Origin: an uncultured delta proteobacterium
GTDB taxonomy: Bacteria; Desulfobacterota; Binatia; DP-6
Direction: 5' to 3'
Length of the DNA stretch: 64,000 nucleotides
Assembly: GCA_963815115.1 (NCBI GenBank)
Contig: CAWFFN010000008.1
Span: 416,001-480,000, forward strand
Below the pieces are notes generated by a model that was given only the letters and a program-made list of their open reading frames with translations, was not told where the DNA came from and searched no databases. This document shows positions 9,218-20,900 of the stretch, one piece after another. The translations under genes were made by a program, and so were the position numbers. The first letter of the stretch is position 1; the number at the start of each line of letters is the position of its first letter.

Positions 9218-10126
9218 CTACGCGAGGCCGAGCTTCGTCTTGCCCTCCTCGCTGATGCGCGTGGGATGCCAGGGCGGGTCGAAGACCACGTCGACGGAGA
9301 CGTTGGGCTGGCCGAGCTCGGCGACCCGACGCCGGACGTCCTCGGGAATCTGGCGCGCGGAGGGGCAGCCCTCCGACGTGAGCGTCATGCGGATCGCGAT
9401 TTTCTCCGGCTCGATGTCGATGCCATAGATCAGGCCCAGGTCGTAGATGTTGATGGGGATCTCCGGGTCGTAGCACTCCCGGATCGCCGCCACGACCTGC
9501 GCCTCCTGTACCGCGCCGCCGCGATAGGTCACCGCCGTGCCCGTGGCGCCGGGCTGCGGCGCCGCCGGGGGTGCCGCGCCGCTCTCGTCGCGCTCGCGCG
9601 GCCCCGCCCAGGCGTGCATGCCGCCCGCGAGATTGAGCATGCGCGTCCAGCCGCGCTCCGCGAGGACCTCGCATGCGGCGGTGCTGCGACCCCCGGCGGC
9701 ACAGGTCACGAGCAGCGTCCGGTCGCGCGGAGGAAGCTCGCCGAGGCGATCCTCCAGCTCGTCGACCGGGATCGAGTGCGCGCCGGGGATGTGTCCGGCG
9801 GCGAACTCCGCCGGCGTCCGGACGTCGAGCACGTAGAGGGCGGGCTGCTGCTGCACGAGCACGAGCGCCGGCGCCGGCTCGATGCTGCGGTAGGCCGCGC
9901 CGCGCAGGACGACGTCGCGGGGCGGCGGCTCGCCCGCCGCGAGGTCTGCGAGGTGCATGCGGGTGACCGCGAGGCCGCGCTCGAGCTGCGACCGGCCGTC
10001 CTCCTGCTGGCGACGGAACGAGCGGACCTCCGCCAGCTGGCGCTCCGCGGCGCCGAGGCGTTGCGTGAGCTGCCACACCACGACGGCCAGGATCGCGAGG
10101 GCGAGGCACCCGAGGGCGATGAGCAT
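9218..10126 (-). CDS. Membrane-anchored rhodanese + DUF59 (SufT/PaaD-like) fusion protein
   Basis: N-terminal TM; DVRTPAEF..GHIPGA..CAAGGRS rhodanese domain; DPEIPINIYDLGLIY..MTLTSEGCP..FDPPW DUF59 domain. Confidence 0.8.
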   Translation of the reverse strand: MLIALGCLALAILAVVVWQLTQRLGAAERQLAEVRSFRRQQEDGRSQLERGLAVTRMHLADLAAGEPPPRDVVLRGAAYRSIEPAPALVLVQQQPALYVLDVRTPAEFAAGHIPGAHSIPVDELEDRLGELPPRDRTLLVTCAAGGRSTAACEVLAERGWTRMLNLAGGMHAWAGPRERDESGAAPPAAPQPGATGTAVTYRGGAVQEAQVVAAIRECYDPEIPINIYDLGLIYGIDIEPEKIAIRMTLTSEGCPSARQIPEDVRRRVAELGQPNVSVDVVFDPPWHPTRISEEGKTKLGLA

Positions 10127-10178
10127 GGACGCATCTTAGCGTTGACTCCCCGCACGCGCCATGCGCATCCCGTGGGGC

Positions 10179-11165
10179 ATGCGCGCGATCCTCGTGCGGG
10201 AGCCGGGAGACGAGAGCGTGCTCACCCTCGGCGACGCCCCGGCGCCCGTCCTCGGTCCGGCCGATCTGCGCATCCGGGTCCGGGCCACGGCGGTGAACCG
10301 GGCCGACCTGATGCAGCGCCAGGGATTCTACCCGCCGCCACCCGGCGCCTCGCCCATCCTCGGGCTGGAGTGTGCCGGAGAGGTGATCGAGGTCGGGCCG
10401 GAGGCGCACCGCTTCCGCGTCGGTGAGCGCGCCATGGCGTTGCTGGCCGGCGGCGGGTACGCCGAGGAGGTGTGCGTCGATCACGGCTCGGTTCTCCCCG
10501 TGCCGGACGGCATGAGCGACGAGGAGGCAGGCGCGTTCCCCGAGGTGTTCTTCACCGCGTTCTCGAACCTCTTCCTCCCCGGCCTCGGCGCCCTCGCGGC
10601 GGGCGAGAGCGCCCTGGTGCACGGCGGCGGCGGCGGGGTCGGCACCGCGGCGATCCTCCTGCTGCGCGAGGCGAGGCACCGCTGCATCGTCACCGTGGGG
10701 AGCGCCGAGAAGGCGCGGCGCTGCCTCGCGCTCGGGGCCAGCGAAGCGATCGACTACCGCACCGAGGACTTCGCCGACCGCGTCGGCACGCTGACGGACG
10801 GCCGCGGGGTGAACGTGATCCTCGACCACATCGGCGGCCGCTACCTGGCGCAGAACCTCTCCGCGCTGGCCATCGGCGGGCGTCTGGTCGAGATCGGCCT
10901 CATGGGGGGCGCCCAGGCCGAGATCAGTCTCGCGCTCCTCCTCTCGCGCCGGCTCGCCGTCATCGGCTCGACCCTGCGGGGCCGCTCGGTGGCCGAGAAG
11001 GGCGCCATCGTGCACGCCTTCCGCGATCGCTTCGGCGACGCGCTCGCCGCGGGCCGGCTGCGCCCGGTCGTCCATGCCGTCCTGCCGCTGGCAGAGGCCG
11101 CCGAGGCGCACCGCCTGATGAAGGCGAGCGACCACTTCGGCAAGATCGTGCTCCGGGTTGGTTGA
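10179..11165 (+). CDS. NAD(P)H-quinone oxidoreductase (PIG3/zeta-crystallin family)
   Basis: VNRADLMQRQGFYPPPPG..LGLE, HGGGGGVG, GSTLR, HFGKIVL. Confidence 0.9.
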   Translation: MRAILVREPGDESVLTLGDAPAPVLGPADLRIRVRATAVNRADLMQRQGFYPPPPGASPILGLECAGEVIEVGPEAHRFRVGERAMALLAGGGYAEEVCVDHGSVLPVPDGMSDEEAGAFPEVFFTAFSNLFLPGLGALAAGESALVHGGGGGVGTAAILLLREARHRCIVTVGSAEKARRCLALGASEAIDYRTEDFADRVGTLTDGRGVNVILDHIGGRYLAQNLSALAIGGRLVEIGLMGGAQAEISLALLLSRRLAVIGSTLRGRSVAEKGAIVHAFRDRFGDALAAGRLRPVVHAVLPLAEAAEAHRLMKASDHFGKIVLRVG

Positions 11166-11226
11166 CTCGCCCGGGCCGCGCTATACCTCGCGTCCGCTGT
11201 CCACGACTGGCGAGGAGACGACGACG

Positions 11227-11604
11227 ATGGCCGACTCGACCGACTTGATGGCGCAGGGGCGCGAGATCGCCGGCAAGCTCTGGGGCGCACGCGCCGGCGG
11301 GCAGGAGCTGCCGGCGCAGCGCCTCGCTCCCGAATTCTTCGCCCTGGTGACGCAGTTCGTGTTCGGGGGCTTCTGGGCTCGCCCGAACCTCGACCTGCGC
11401 AGCCGGAGCCTGTGCACCGTCGCCCAGCTCGCCGCGCTCGGCAAGATCGACGAGCTGAAGGCCCATCTCCACGGCGCGCTCAACCTCGGCATCCGGCGCG
11501 AGGAGCTGATCGAGGTGCTGATGCAGACGGCCTGCTACGGCGGCGTGCCGGCGGCGGTGCAGGCGCTGAACGCCGCCGCCGACGTGCTCGCGCCCCGGAG
11601 CTGA
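11227..11604 (+). CDS. Carboxymuconolactone decarboxylase family protein
   Basis: FGGFWARPNLDLRSRSL..HLHGAL..YGGVPAA; GAGGAG SD. Confidence 0.85.
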   Translation: MADSTDLMAQGREIAGKLWGARAGGQELPAQRLAPEFFALVTQFVFGGFWARPNLDLRSRSLCTVAQLAALGKIDELKAHLHGALNLGIRREELIEVLMQTACYGGVPAAVQALNAAADVLAPRS

Positions 11605-12547
11605 GCGACGCGCGGCCGCTTCGCTCCCTCGCCCACCGGCGACCTGCACCTCGGCTCGGCGGCCACGGCGCTGGTGGCGTGGCTGTCGGCTCGCGCGACC
11701 GGGAGCGGCCTGGTCCTGCGCGTCGAGGACCTCGACGTGCCGCGCGCAGTGGCGGGCGCGGAGGCGCGGCAGCTCGACGATCTGCGCTGGCTCGGGCTCG
11801 ACTGGGACGAAGGCCCCGACGTCGGCGGCCCTGCTGGACCGTACCGGCAGTCGGAGCGCACGGCGCGCTACGAGACGGCGCTCGAGACCCTGGCCCGCCG
11901 GGATCTCCTCTATCTGGTGCGACTGCTCGCGCGCCGAGATCGCCCGGATCGCCAGCGCGCCGCATCCCGGCGACGAGGGCCCGCGCTATCCCGGAACCTG
12001 CCGCGACCTCGGCATGCGACCCCGGGCCTGGAGGCGCCCGCCCGCGCTGCGGCTCCGGGTTCCCGAGCGGACCATCGCGGTCGAGGACGCGCTCCAGGGT
12101 CGGGTTTGCCAGGACGTCGCCGCCGTGGTCGGCGACTTCGTGCTGCGCCGGGGCGACGGCGTGTTCGCCTACCAGCTCGCCGTCGTGGTGGACGACCTCG
12201 CCATGGGCGTCGCCGAGGTGGTTCGCGGGGCCGACCTGCTCGGATCGACGCCGCGGCAGGTGCTTCTCGCCGAGCTCCTCGGCGGCACCCCGCCGCGCTA
12301 CGCGCACGTCCCGCTGGTCCTGGCAGCGGACGGCAGCCGGCTCGCCAAGCGCGACGCCGGCAGCACGCTGCGGGAGCAGCGCGACGGGGGCGTCGAACCG
12401 GACGCGCTAGTTGTGGGGCTGGCGAAGCTGCTGGGACTCGGATCTCCCCGCTCGCCCGCCGACCTTCTCGCCTCGTTCGACCGCACGCGGCTCGCGGGCC
12501 GCATGACCGTGCGCCTGCCCGACCGCGGCCGCGTGGCGAGCGGCTGA
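11605..12547 (+). pseudogene. gluQ: Glutamyl-queuosine tRNA(Asp) synthetase, frameshifted as sequenced
   Basis: [26 protein letters not shown], then a +1 shift at about 11917 (CTG-G-TGC; YLCDCSR restored on removal), [26 protein letters not shown]; no anticodon-binding domain; no start codon before the N-terminal motif. Confidence 0.8.
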
Positions 12548-13207
12548 GCGGCGCATCATGCGGCGGCCGACCGCGACCCCGATCGCGATCAGCGCGACCA
12601 GCACCGCCGCCGGACCGATCACCTCGAGCGTCAGCAGCTCGCTCGACGAGCCCGCATCCGAGATCCGGTCGGCGAGGAACACGGTCAGGCCGATCCCGGG
12701 CAGTATCCCGATCCCGGTCCCGACGACGTAGTCTCGCATCCGGACGCGGCTCGCACCGAGCGACCAGTTGAGCGGCGGCCCGAGAAACAGCACGAGCCGC
12801 AGCAGGACCACCGTCACGACGCCGTGGCGTTCGAGCCGATCGTCGAGCGCCCGGATGCGCGGGAAGCGGTCGTGCAGCGCGCGCTGCGCCCAGCCCTGCG
12901 CGCTGTAGCGCACCAGCACGAAGGGCGCGGCGGTGCCGAGGATGCACGCGATCCAGGAGTATACGAAGCCCCAGAAGGTCCCGAAGAGGACGCCGCCGAA
13001 CGCGACCAGGACGATCTCCGGCCCGGGCAGGAAGAAGCCCGCGATGAAGATGCCGATGAACACCAGCGGCCCGAGCGGACCGGCGCTGTCGACCAGCGCC
13101 CGCATCCGGTCGATGCTGAGATGGTCCCAGACGTGGAGGCGCCGCATCGCGACCACCACCGCCGTGATGGCGATCGTGACCAGCACGGCTCGCAGCAGGC
13201 GGGGCAT
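12407..13207 (-). CDS. TVP38/TMEM64 (VTT/DedA) family membrane protein
   Basis: [35 protein letters not shown]. Confidence 0.8.
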   Translation of the reverse strand: MPRLLRAVLVTIAITAVVVAMRRLHVWDHLSIDRMRALVDSAGPLGPLVFIGIFIAGFFLPGPEIVLVAFGGVLFGTFWGFVYSWIACILGTAAPFVLVRYSAQGWAQRALHDRFPRIRALDDRLERHGVVTVVLLRLVLFLGPPLNWSLGASRVRMRDYVVGTGIGILPGIGLTVFLADRISDAGSSSELLTLEVIGPAAVLVALIAIGVAVGRRMMRRSAARHAAAVGQAHGHAAREPRAVERGEKVGGRAGRSESQQLRQPHN

Positions 13208-13228
13208 CGAGAACGATCGGACGCCGGG

Positions 13229-14131
13229 TCAGCTCCGCGCCGGCGCGAGTCGCAGCTTCACCTGCGCCTGGCGCTCGATCAGCTCGACCAGGTCGGTGAA
13301 GTCGCGGTCGCCGAGGCCGGCGCCGACGGCCGCCACCAGCGACTGCGCCACCTGCGCGGCCACCGGCACGGGCACGCCGGCCTCGCGCGCCACCTCGAGC
13401 AGCAGGCCGGCGTCCTTGGCGGCCAGCGCGAGGGCGAACATGGTCGGCCGGCCACGCTCGTTGATGCCCTCGACCATGCGATCCGTGAAGAAGTTGCCGG
13501 CTCCCCCGGCGCGCACGACGTCGATCATCGTCCGCAGGTCGATGCCCGCCTTGGTCGCGACGGCCAGCACCTCGAGCGAGGCGCAGGCCGAGGTGAAGGC
13601 GAGCAGGCTGTTCACCAGCTTGGCCGTGTTGCCGTAGCCGAGGGGCCCGAGGTGGAAGGTGGCGCGCGACAGCGATTCCAGCAGCGGCTTGCAGCGCTCG
13701 AAGACCGCCGCGTCGCCGCCGACCATGAAGACCAGCGCTCGCGCCTGCGCTCCCGGCGTGCCTCCCGTGAGAGGCGCCTCCAGCAGATGGCAGCCCGCGC
13801 CCGCGAGCCGCGCCCCCAGCACCCGCACCGTCGCCGGAGAGTTGGTGCTGAGGTCGACCAGCACCGACCCGGGTGCCGCCCCTTCGAGCCACTCGGCGGC
13901 CACCGCTTCCACCACCGCGGGCGTCGGCAGCGAGGTGAAGGTGACGTCGCTGCGGTCGGCGACCCGGGTGGGAGAGTCGACCGCGCGCGCGCCGATCCCG
14001 ATCAGCGGCCGCAGCCGGCCCTGGTCGGTGTCGTGGACGCTGACCCGGTGGCCGTCCTGGACGAGGTTGGTGGCAATCGCGCTGCCGATGTTGCCGCATC
14101 CGATCACGCCGACACGCTGGCCGCTGCTCAT
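13229..14131 (-). CDS. NAD(P)-dependent oxidoreductase, 3-hydroxyisobutyrate dehydrogenase family
   Basis: GVIGCGNIG, DLSTNSP, EAPLTGG, MVGG, AKLVN, KDAGL; GGAGG SD. Confidence 0.88.
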   Translation of the reverse strand: MSSGQRVGVIGCGNIGSAIATNLVQDGHRVSVHDTDQGRLRPLIGIGARAVDSPTRVADRSDVTFTSLPTPAVVEAVAAEWLEGAAPGSVLVDLSTNSPATVRVLGARLAGAGCHLLEAPLTGGTPGAQARALVFMVGGDAAVFERCKPLLESLSRATFHLGPLGYGNTAKLVNSLLAFTSACASLEVLAVATKAGIDLRTMIDVVRAGGAGNFFTDRMVEGINERGRPTMFALALAAKDAGLLLEVAREAGVPVPVAAQVAQSLVAAVGAGLGDRDFTDLVELIERQAQVKLRLAPARS

Positions 14132-14168
14132 CGGGCCTCCTGCTCTCGCCGGCGGTCTCGCCTTTCGG

Positions 14169-14936
14169 TCACTTGGGTCCCATGCGGATGGCGCCGTCCA
14201 GACGGATGGTCTCGCCATTCAGCATGACGTTCTCGAGGACGTGGCGGACGAGCGATGCATACTCGCTCGGGCGACCGAGCCGGGACGGGAACGGGATCTG
14301 CGCGGCGAGTGCCTGACGCACCGGCTCCGGGGCCATGGCCAGCATCGGCGTGTCGAAGGTCCCGGGCGCGATGGTGACGACGCGGATGCCGATGGACGCG
14401 AGGTCGCGCGCGATCGGCAGCGTCATGCCGACCACGCCACCCTTGGAGGCCGAATAGGCTGCCTGGCCGATCTGACCATCGTAGGCCGCCACCGAGGCGG
14501 TGTTGACCACGACGCCGCGCTCGCCCTCCGCGGTCGGGGTGTTCTTCGCCATCTGCGACGCCGCGAGACGGATCACGTTGAACGTGCCGATGAGATTCAC
14601 CTGGATGACCTTGGCGAAGAGATCGAGCGGATGCGCTCCGTCGCGCGTGATCGTGCGCATGGCCACGCCGACTCCCGCGCAGTTGACGGCGACGTTCAGG
14701 GTGCCGAAGCGTTCGACCGTCCGCTCGACGGCGGCTCGCACCTGCTCCTCCTCGGTCACGTCGGCAGCGGAGAACGCCGCCCCTTCTCCCAGCTCGCTCG
14801 CGAGGGCTTCGCCGGCGGAGCCCGTGCGGTCGAGGATCATCGCCCTGCCGCCGCCGCCGACGATGAGCCGGACGGTCGCCTCGCCGAGCCCCGAGGCGCC
14901 ACCGGTGACCAGGGCCACGCTGTCGGCGACGTGCAT
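14169..14936 (-). CDS. SDR, 3-hydroxyacyl-CoA dehydrogenase type II (HSD17B10-like)
   Basis: [48 protein letters not shown]. Confidence 0.92.
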   Translation of the reverse strand: MHVADSVALVTGGASGLGEATVRLIVGGGGRAMILDRTGSAGEALASELGEGAAFSAADVTEEEQVRAAVERTVERFGTLNVAVNCAGVGVAMRTITRDGAHPLDLFAKVIQVNLIGTFNVIRLAASQMAKNTPTAEGERGVVVNTASVAAYDGQIGQAAYSASKGGVVGMTLPIARDLASIGIRVVTIAPGTFDTPMLAMAPEPVRQALAAQIPFPSRLGRPSEYASLVRHVLENVMLNGETIRLDGAIRMGPK

Positions 14937-15108
14937 GGCCGGTTGTCATACCGTCCGGTGCCGGCGAGTGCCAGCGTACCGGCGACCACGTCGAGCCCCT
15001 CGCAGCTCGAGCGGACGCGCTTTCCACACCTGGCGCCCTGGGATAGCGGTGAGAACGGTCCCGCCCATCCGCAGATTCCGAGCGCGGGGTCCTGGATCAG
15101 GAGAACCC

Positions 15109-16614
15109 ATGCACCGATGTTCCGTCGCCGTCCGTGTCGCGATTCTCGCCATGCTCGCCGTCCTGTCCAACCCTGCCAGAGCGCAAGTGCCGGGCGGGGG
15201 CCCGGCGAAGACCGACTGCTACGTCGAGTGGTCCGGCGTCACGCCGAACAACGGCAAGAACCTCGACTGCCAGGACGGCGATCCGGCATGCGACGTCGAT
15301 CAGACACAGAACGGCCTCTGCGTGCTGGGGATCGGCGTCTGCGTGGCGCAGACGAACGTCCCGGAATGCGTGCCGCAGACCATCGAGAAGGTGACGGTCA
15401 AGGCGCAGCCGAAGACGATCAAGTTTGGCTCGGTTCCGATCCCGGTCACCCCGCCGGTGCCGCCGCTGACGCCGGTCACCAGCCCGACCTGCTCCGCCGA
15501 GAGCATCATTCGGCTTCCCCTGAAGGTGAACAAGAAGGGCAAGGTGAACCCGTCGGTGAAGGTGACGCTCACCTCCGTGGCCGTCGCCGGTGCGAAACCC
15601 AAGAAGGACAAGGACGTCATCAAGGTCCGCTGCGTCCCCAACACCGGCGGCGGGGAATGCTTGCCGAACCCCGCAGGCGGCCCCCGCGAGCTCCGGCTCG
15701 TCGCCGCGGCCGCCGGCACCGATCTCGACAACGGGTGGACCGGCACCAGCCAGAACTTCCCCGTGGTATCGAACTCGGAGCTCCGGGTGTGCCTCACAGG
15801 CTGTGGAGCGACCGCGAACCCGCAGTGTGCGGAGGACGAGGCACAGACGACCGCGGTCAACGGCGCGACGTTCGGCGCGCCGCTGCCGCTCTTTGCCGCC
15901 GGCATTCCCGTCTGCGTCGTCAACAGCTTCGCGACGAGCAAGATCACCGGGTTCACCGCGGACATCGCCACCGGCGCCGCCGGAGGCTCCGTGAATCTGC
16001 TGTCCAGGGTCTTTCTCACCGGCGCCACGCAGGTGTGTCCGCGCTGCTCGGGAAACAGCGTCGGGGACGCCGGGACGTGCGACTCCGGAGGAAGGCAAGG
16101 CAGGGCGTGCACCACCACCGGCATCGTGCCGGTCTCCGGCGTCGTCTACACGCTGTCCCCCGACTGCCCGCCCCCGGGAACCCCCGCGGGGACCATCCCC
16201 ATCAATCTGCCCGTCACCACGGCGACGTCGACCCTGACGGGGTCACCGCCCTGTCCCGGGCAGACTGCGGTGAGCGCCGCCGGCTGCGGAAGCTGCGGCA
16301 CCACATGCACGGGTGCGGCATGCGCCAGCACCACGCCGGCGGGACAATGCATCGACGTCAAGGGCGGCCTCAGCCAGAACTGCTGCGCGAACGACACCTC
16401 GACGCCGTGCTTCCCATCACCCATCGTACGCACGGGCTCCACCGCCGCCCCGACGCCGCCGTTTCCCGATCCCACCTACCCGAAGACCGGGGACGCGACG
16501 TTCGTCGCTGCCTACTGCGAAGCGACGTCGGGCTCGTCGACCGTCGACCAGGTCACGGGACTTCCCGGTCCGGGCGCGCTCGTGCTCCCGGTGGCGGCGA
16601 CGTGGATTCAATGA
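15109..16614 (+). CDS. Secreted Cys-rich hypothetical protein
   Basis: AGGAG SD; signal peptide (..PARA|QVPGGG); many cysteines; N-terminal PGGG..DC..CxDGDPxCDxD module. Confidence 0.75.
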   Translation: MHRCSVAVRVAILAMLAVLSNPARAQVPGGGPAKTDCYVEWSGVTPNNGKNLDCQDGDPACDVDQTQNGLCVLGIGVCVAQTNVPECVPQTIEKVTVKAQPKTIKFGSVPIPVTPPVPPLTPVTSPTCSAESIIRLPLKVNKKGKVNPSVKVTLTSVAVAGAKPKKDKDVIKVRCVPNTGGGECLPNPAGGPRELRLVAAAAGTDLDNGWTGTSQNFPVVSNSELRVCLTGCGATANPQCAEDEAQTTAVNGATFGAPLPLFAAGIPVCVVNSFATSKITGFTADIATGAAGGSVNLLSRVFLTGATQVCPRCSGNSVGDAGTCDSGGRQGRACTTTGIVPVSGVVYTLSPDCPPPGTPAGTIPINLPVTTATSTLTGSPPCPGQTAVSAAGCGSCGTTCTGAACASTTPAGQCIDVKGGLSQNCCANDTSTPCFPSPIVRTGSTAAPTPPFPDPTYPKTGDATFVAAYCEATSGSSTVDQVTGLPGPGALVLPVAATWIQ

Positions 16615-16696
16615 CCGGCGCGTAGCTGGCGGGCCGGCCGCGCACGGACCGTCTCGGGCTTGCACCGGCGGCCCCGGGAACGCCAGAGTGGCCTCG

Positions 16697-17722
16697 ATGC
16701 ACCTCGACCTCCGCGGCCATCCCCTGCACACGCGGTCCCTGTCGATCACGCTGATCCAGCGAGCCGACGGACGCCTCGACGTGCACGGCGAGCTGGTCGA
16801 CCTGCGCAAGCGCGGCTTCGTTCCCGTCGCCGGCGATCTCCAACCCTCGGGCGTCGTGCACCACATGCTCCTCGACGGCGAGGTCGATCCGCGCACGGCG
16901 ACCCTCGATGCCATCGCGCTGCGCCAGCCGTCGGTGGCCTTCGAGGCGTCGGCGGTCACCGGCGGGGAGAGCTGCCGGGATCCGGCCGATCGCATCCACG
17001 CTCTCGCCGGCGTCCGGCTCGACGACGGCTTCGCCCGCCGCCTCGGGGCCGAGATCGGCGGCCCGCGCGGCTGCTCGCACGTTCTCACGCTCGGGCATCT
17101 GCTCGGTAGCACCGTGGCCTGGGCCCTGGCGCGGGATCACGAGCGCTTCGGCGAGCGACCGGGGCGCCGCGCCGGCGAGCGCGTGCTGCGGCGCGACGTC
17201 GTCGTCGACGGGGTCGAGACGGCGGAGGGCGGCGTCGCGCTCGGGCTCCAGCTCACCGACCTGCACGGCGCGCCCGCACCCGCGCTGGCACGGCCGATGG
17301 ATCGCTTTGCGGCCTCGCTCGAGATGCGCGGGCTGGCCGTCGTCGATCTGGGGCGCTACGCCTTCGGCCCCGTGCAGCTCGCCGAGCGGCGGCGCGCCGC
17401 CGCAGACGCGGACACCGGCTGGCGCGGGCGCCACGACCTCGCCGGGCGCCTGCCCGGCCTGTCGCTGGCCCGCGGCGTCAGCGCGGCGCTGCGCGAGGGG
17501 GTCGGAGACGAGCCGTCGGATCGGCCGTGGCAGGATGGCCTGCAGATGCTGGCCCCGGCGTTGATCCAGGTCTTTGCGGCCCTCTCAGACGCCTGGGCTG
17601 GACGGGCGTTGCGCGAGAACTGGCTGGTGGGTCTGGGCGGACAGCCGGACTCCTGCTGGATGTGGCGCCGCGGCGGTGCACTCGCGGCCGCCCGGACACC
17701 CGAGGACCCCGACTCCGCCTGA
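16697..17722 (+). CDS. DUF2889-like domain protein
   Basis: HTRS..DLRK..HHM..C..GGPRGCSH pattern; second degenerate copy ending in DSCW.W. Confidence 0.65.
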   Translation: MHLDLRGHPLHTRSLSITLIQRADGRLDVHGELVDLRKRGFVPVAGDLQPSGVVHHMLLDGEVDPRTATLDAIALRQPSVAFEASAVTGGESCRDPADRIHALAGVRLDDGFARRLGAEIGGPRGCSHVLTLGHLLGSTVAWALARDHERFGERPGRRAGERVLRRDVVVDGVETAEGGVALGLQLTDLHGAPAPALARPMDRFAASLEMRGLAVVDLGRYAFGPVQLAERRRAAADADTGWRGRHDLAGRLPGLSLARGVSAALREGVGDEPSDRPWQDGLQMLAPALIQVFAALSDAWAGRALRENWLVGLGGQPDSCWMWRRGGALAAARTPEDPDSA

Positions 17723-17765
17723 GGCCGTTTGCCGGAGCGTCGCGTTCGGGCTTAAATCCCACCCG

Positions 17766-18086
17766 ATGGCCGAGCGCCGCGAGCAGGGCGACGTCCGGGT
17801 GATCGAGCGCACCGAGACCCAGAAGAAGGTCGACCGCCCGCGCCGCTACAAGGTGCTGCTGCACAACGACGACTACACCACGATGGAGTTCGTCGTCTGG
17901 GTGCTGCAGGCGGTCTTCAATCACGACGAGACCACCGCCACCGAGATCATGCTGCACGTCCACCGCACCGGGATCGGCGTCGCGGGTGTCTATCCGCGTG
18001 ACGTCGCCGAGACGCGGGTCGCCCAGGTCGAGACCCTGGCACGCGAGCACGAGTTTCCGCTGCGGTGCACGACGGAGGAGGGCTAG
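17766..18086 (+). CDS. clpS: ATP-dependent Clp protease adaptor ClpS
   Basis: YKVLLHNDDYTTMEFVV..MLHVH..G.AGVY..AETRV..FPLRC. Confidence 0.95.
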   Translation: MAERREQGDVRVIERTETQKKVDRPRRYKVLLHNDDYTTMEFVVWVLQAVFNHDETTATEIMLHVHRTGIGVAGVYPRDVAETRVAQVETLAREHEFPLRCTTEEG

Positions 18087-18087
18087 C

Positions 18088-20354
<2,267 letters not shown>

Positions 20355-20358
<4 letters not shown>

Positions 20359-20900
20359 GCCGCCAGATCGACGCCTGGTCCGGGCTCGGGGGCGGCGCCG
20401 TGCGGCCGATGCGCCCGGGCCTCGACCCGGTCCTGCCCGAGCTGCTCATCGGCGAGTACCCGCGGGTGGAGGATCTTGCCTGGCTGCGCGACGTCCACGG
20501 CGTGACCGCGGTCGTCAGCCTGCAGGACGACGCCGACCTCGCGAGCAAGCGGCTCGCCGCCCCGGAGCTCGAGGACGCCTGCGCTGCGCTGGGCCTCGCG
20601 TTCGCGCGCCTGCCGATCGCCGACGGCGATCCCGACGCGCTCGCCGCGCGCCTGCCGGTGGCGGTCGACCGCCTGCACGCGCTGATCGCGGCCGGCGCGC
20701 GCGTCTACCTGCACTGCAATGCGGGGTACAACCGCGCGCCCACGGTGGCCATCGCCTATCTCCACGTCCACCATCGCATCCCCCTCGCCGAGGCGTGCGA
20801 GGAGGTGAAGGCGCGGCGATCGTGCGTCCCGTACGTGAGCGCGCTACGGGCGTGCTACGGCGACGGCGCGGGGGCGGCGGATTCCGGCCGGCGCCGGTAG
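20355..20900 (+). CDS. Dual-specificity protein phosphatase family protein
   Basis: VYLHCNAGYNRA (HCxxGxxR), PIADGD acid loop; GTG overlaps the clpA stop (alternative ATG 20409). Confidence 0.8.

Noticed and set aside
11602-11604. In-frame TGA as selenocysteine
   Set aside because: The position is the normal end of a CMD protein, not a Cys-equivalent catalytic site
12407-12547. Long convergent 3' overlaps (also 20855-20900, 52603-52744, 58920-58990) as antisense regulation
   Set aside because: Stop codons are scarce in high-GC DNA, so run-on tails are expected; the tails look low-information
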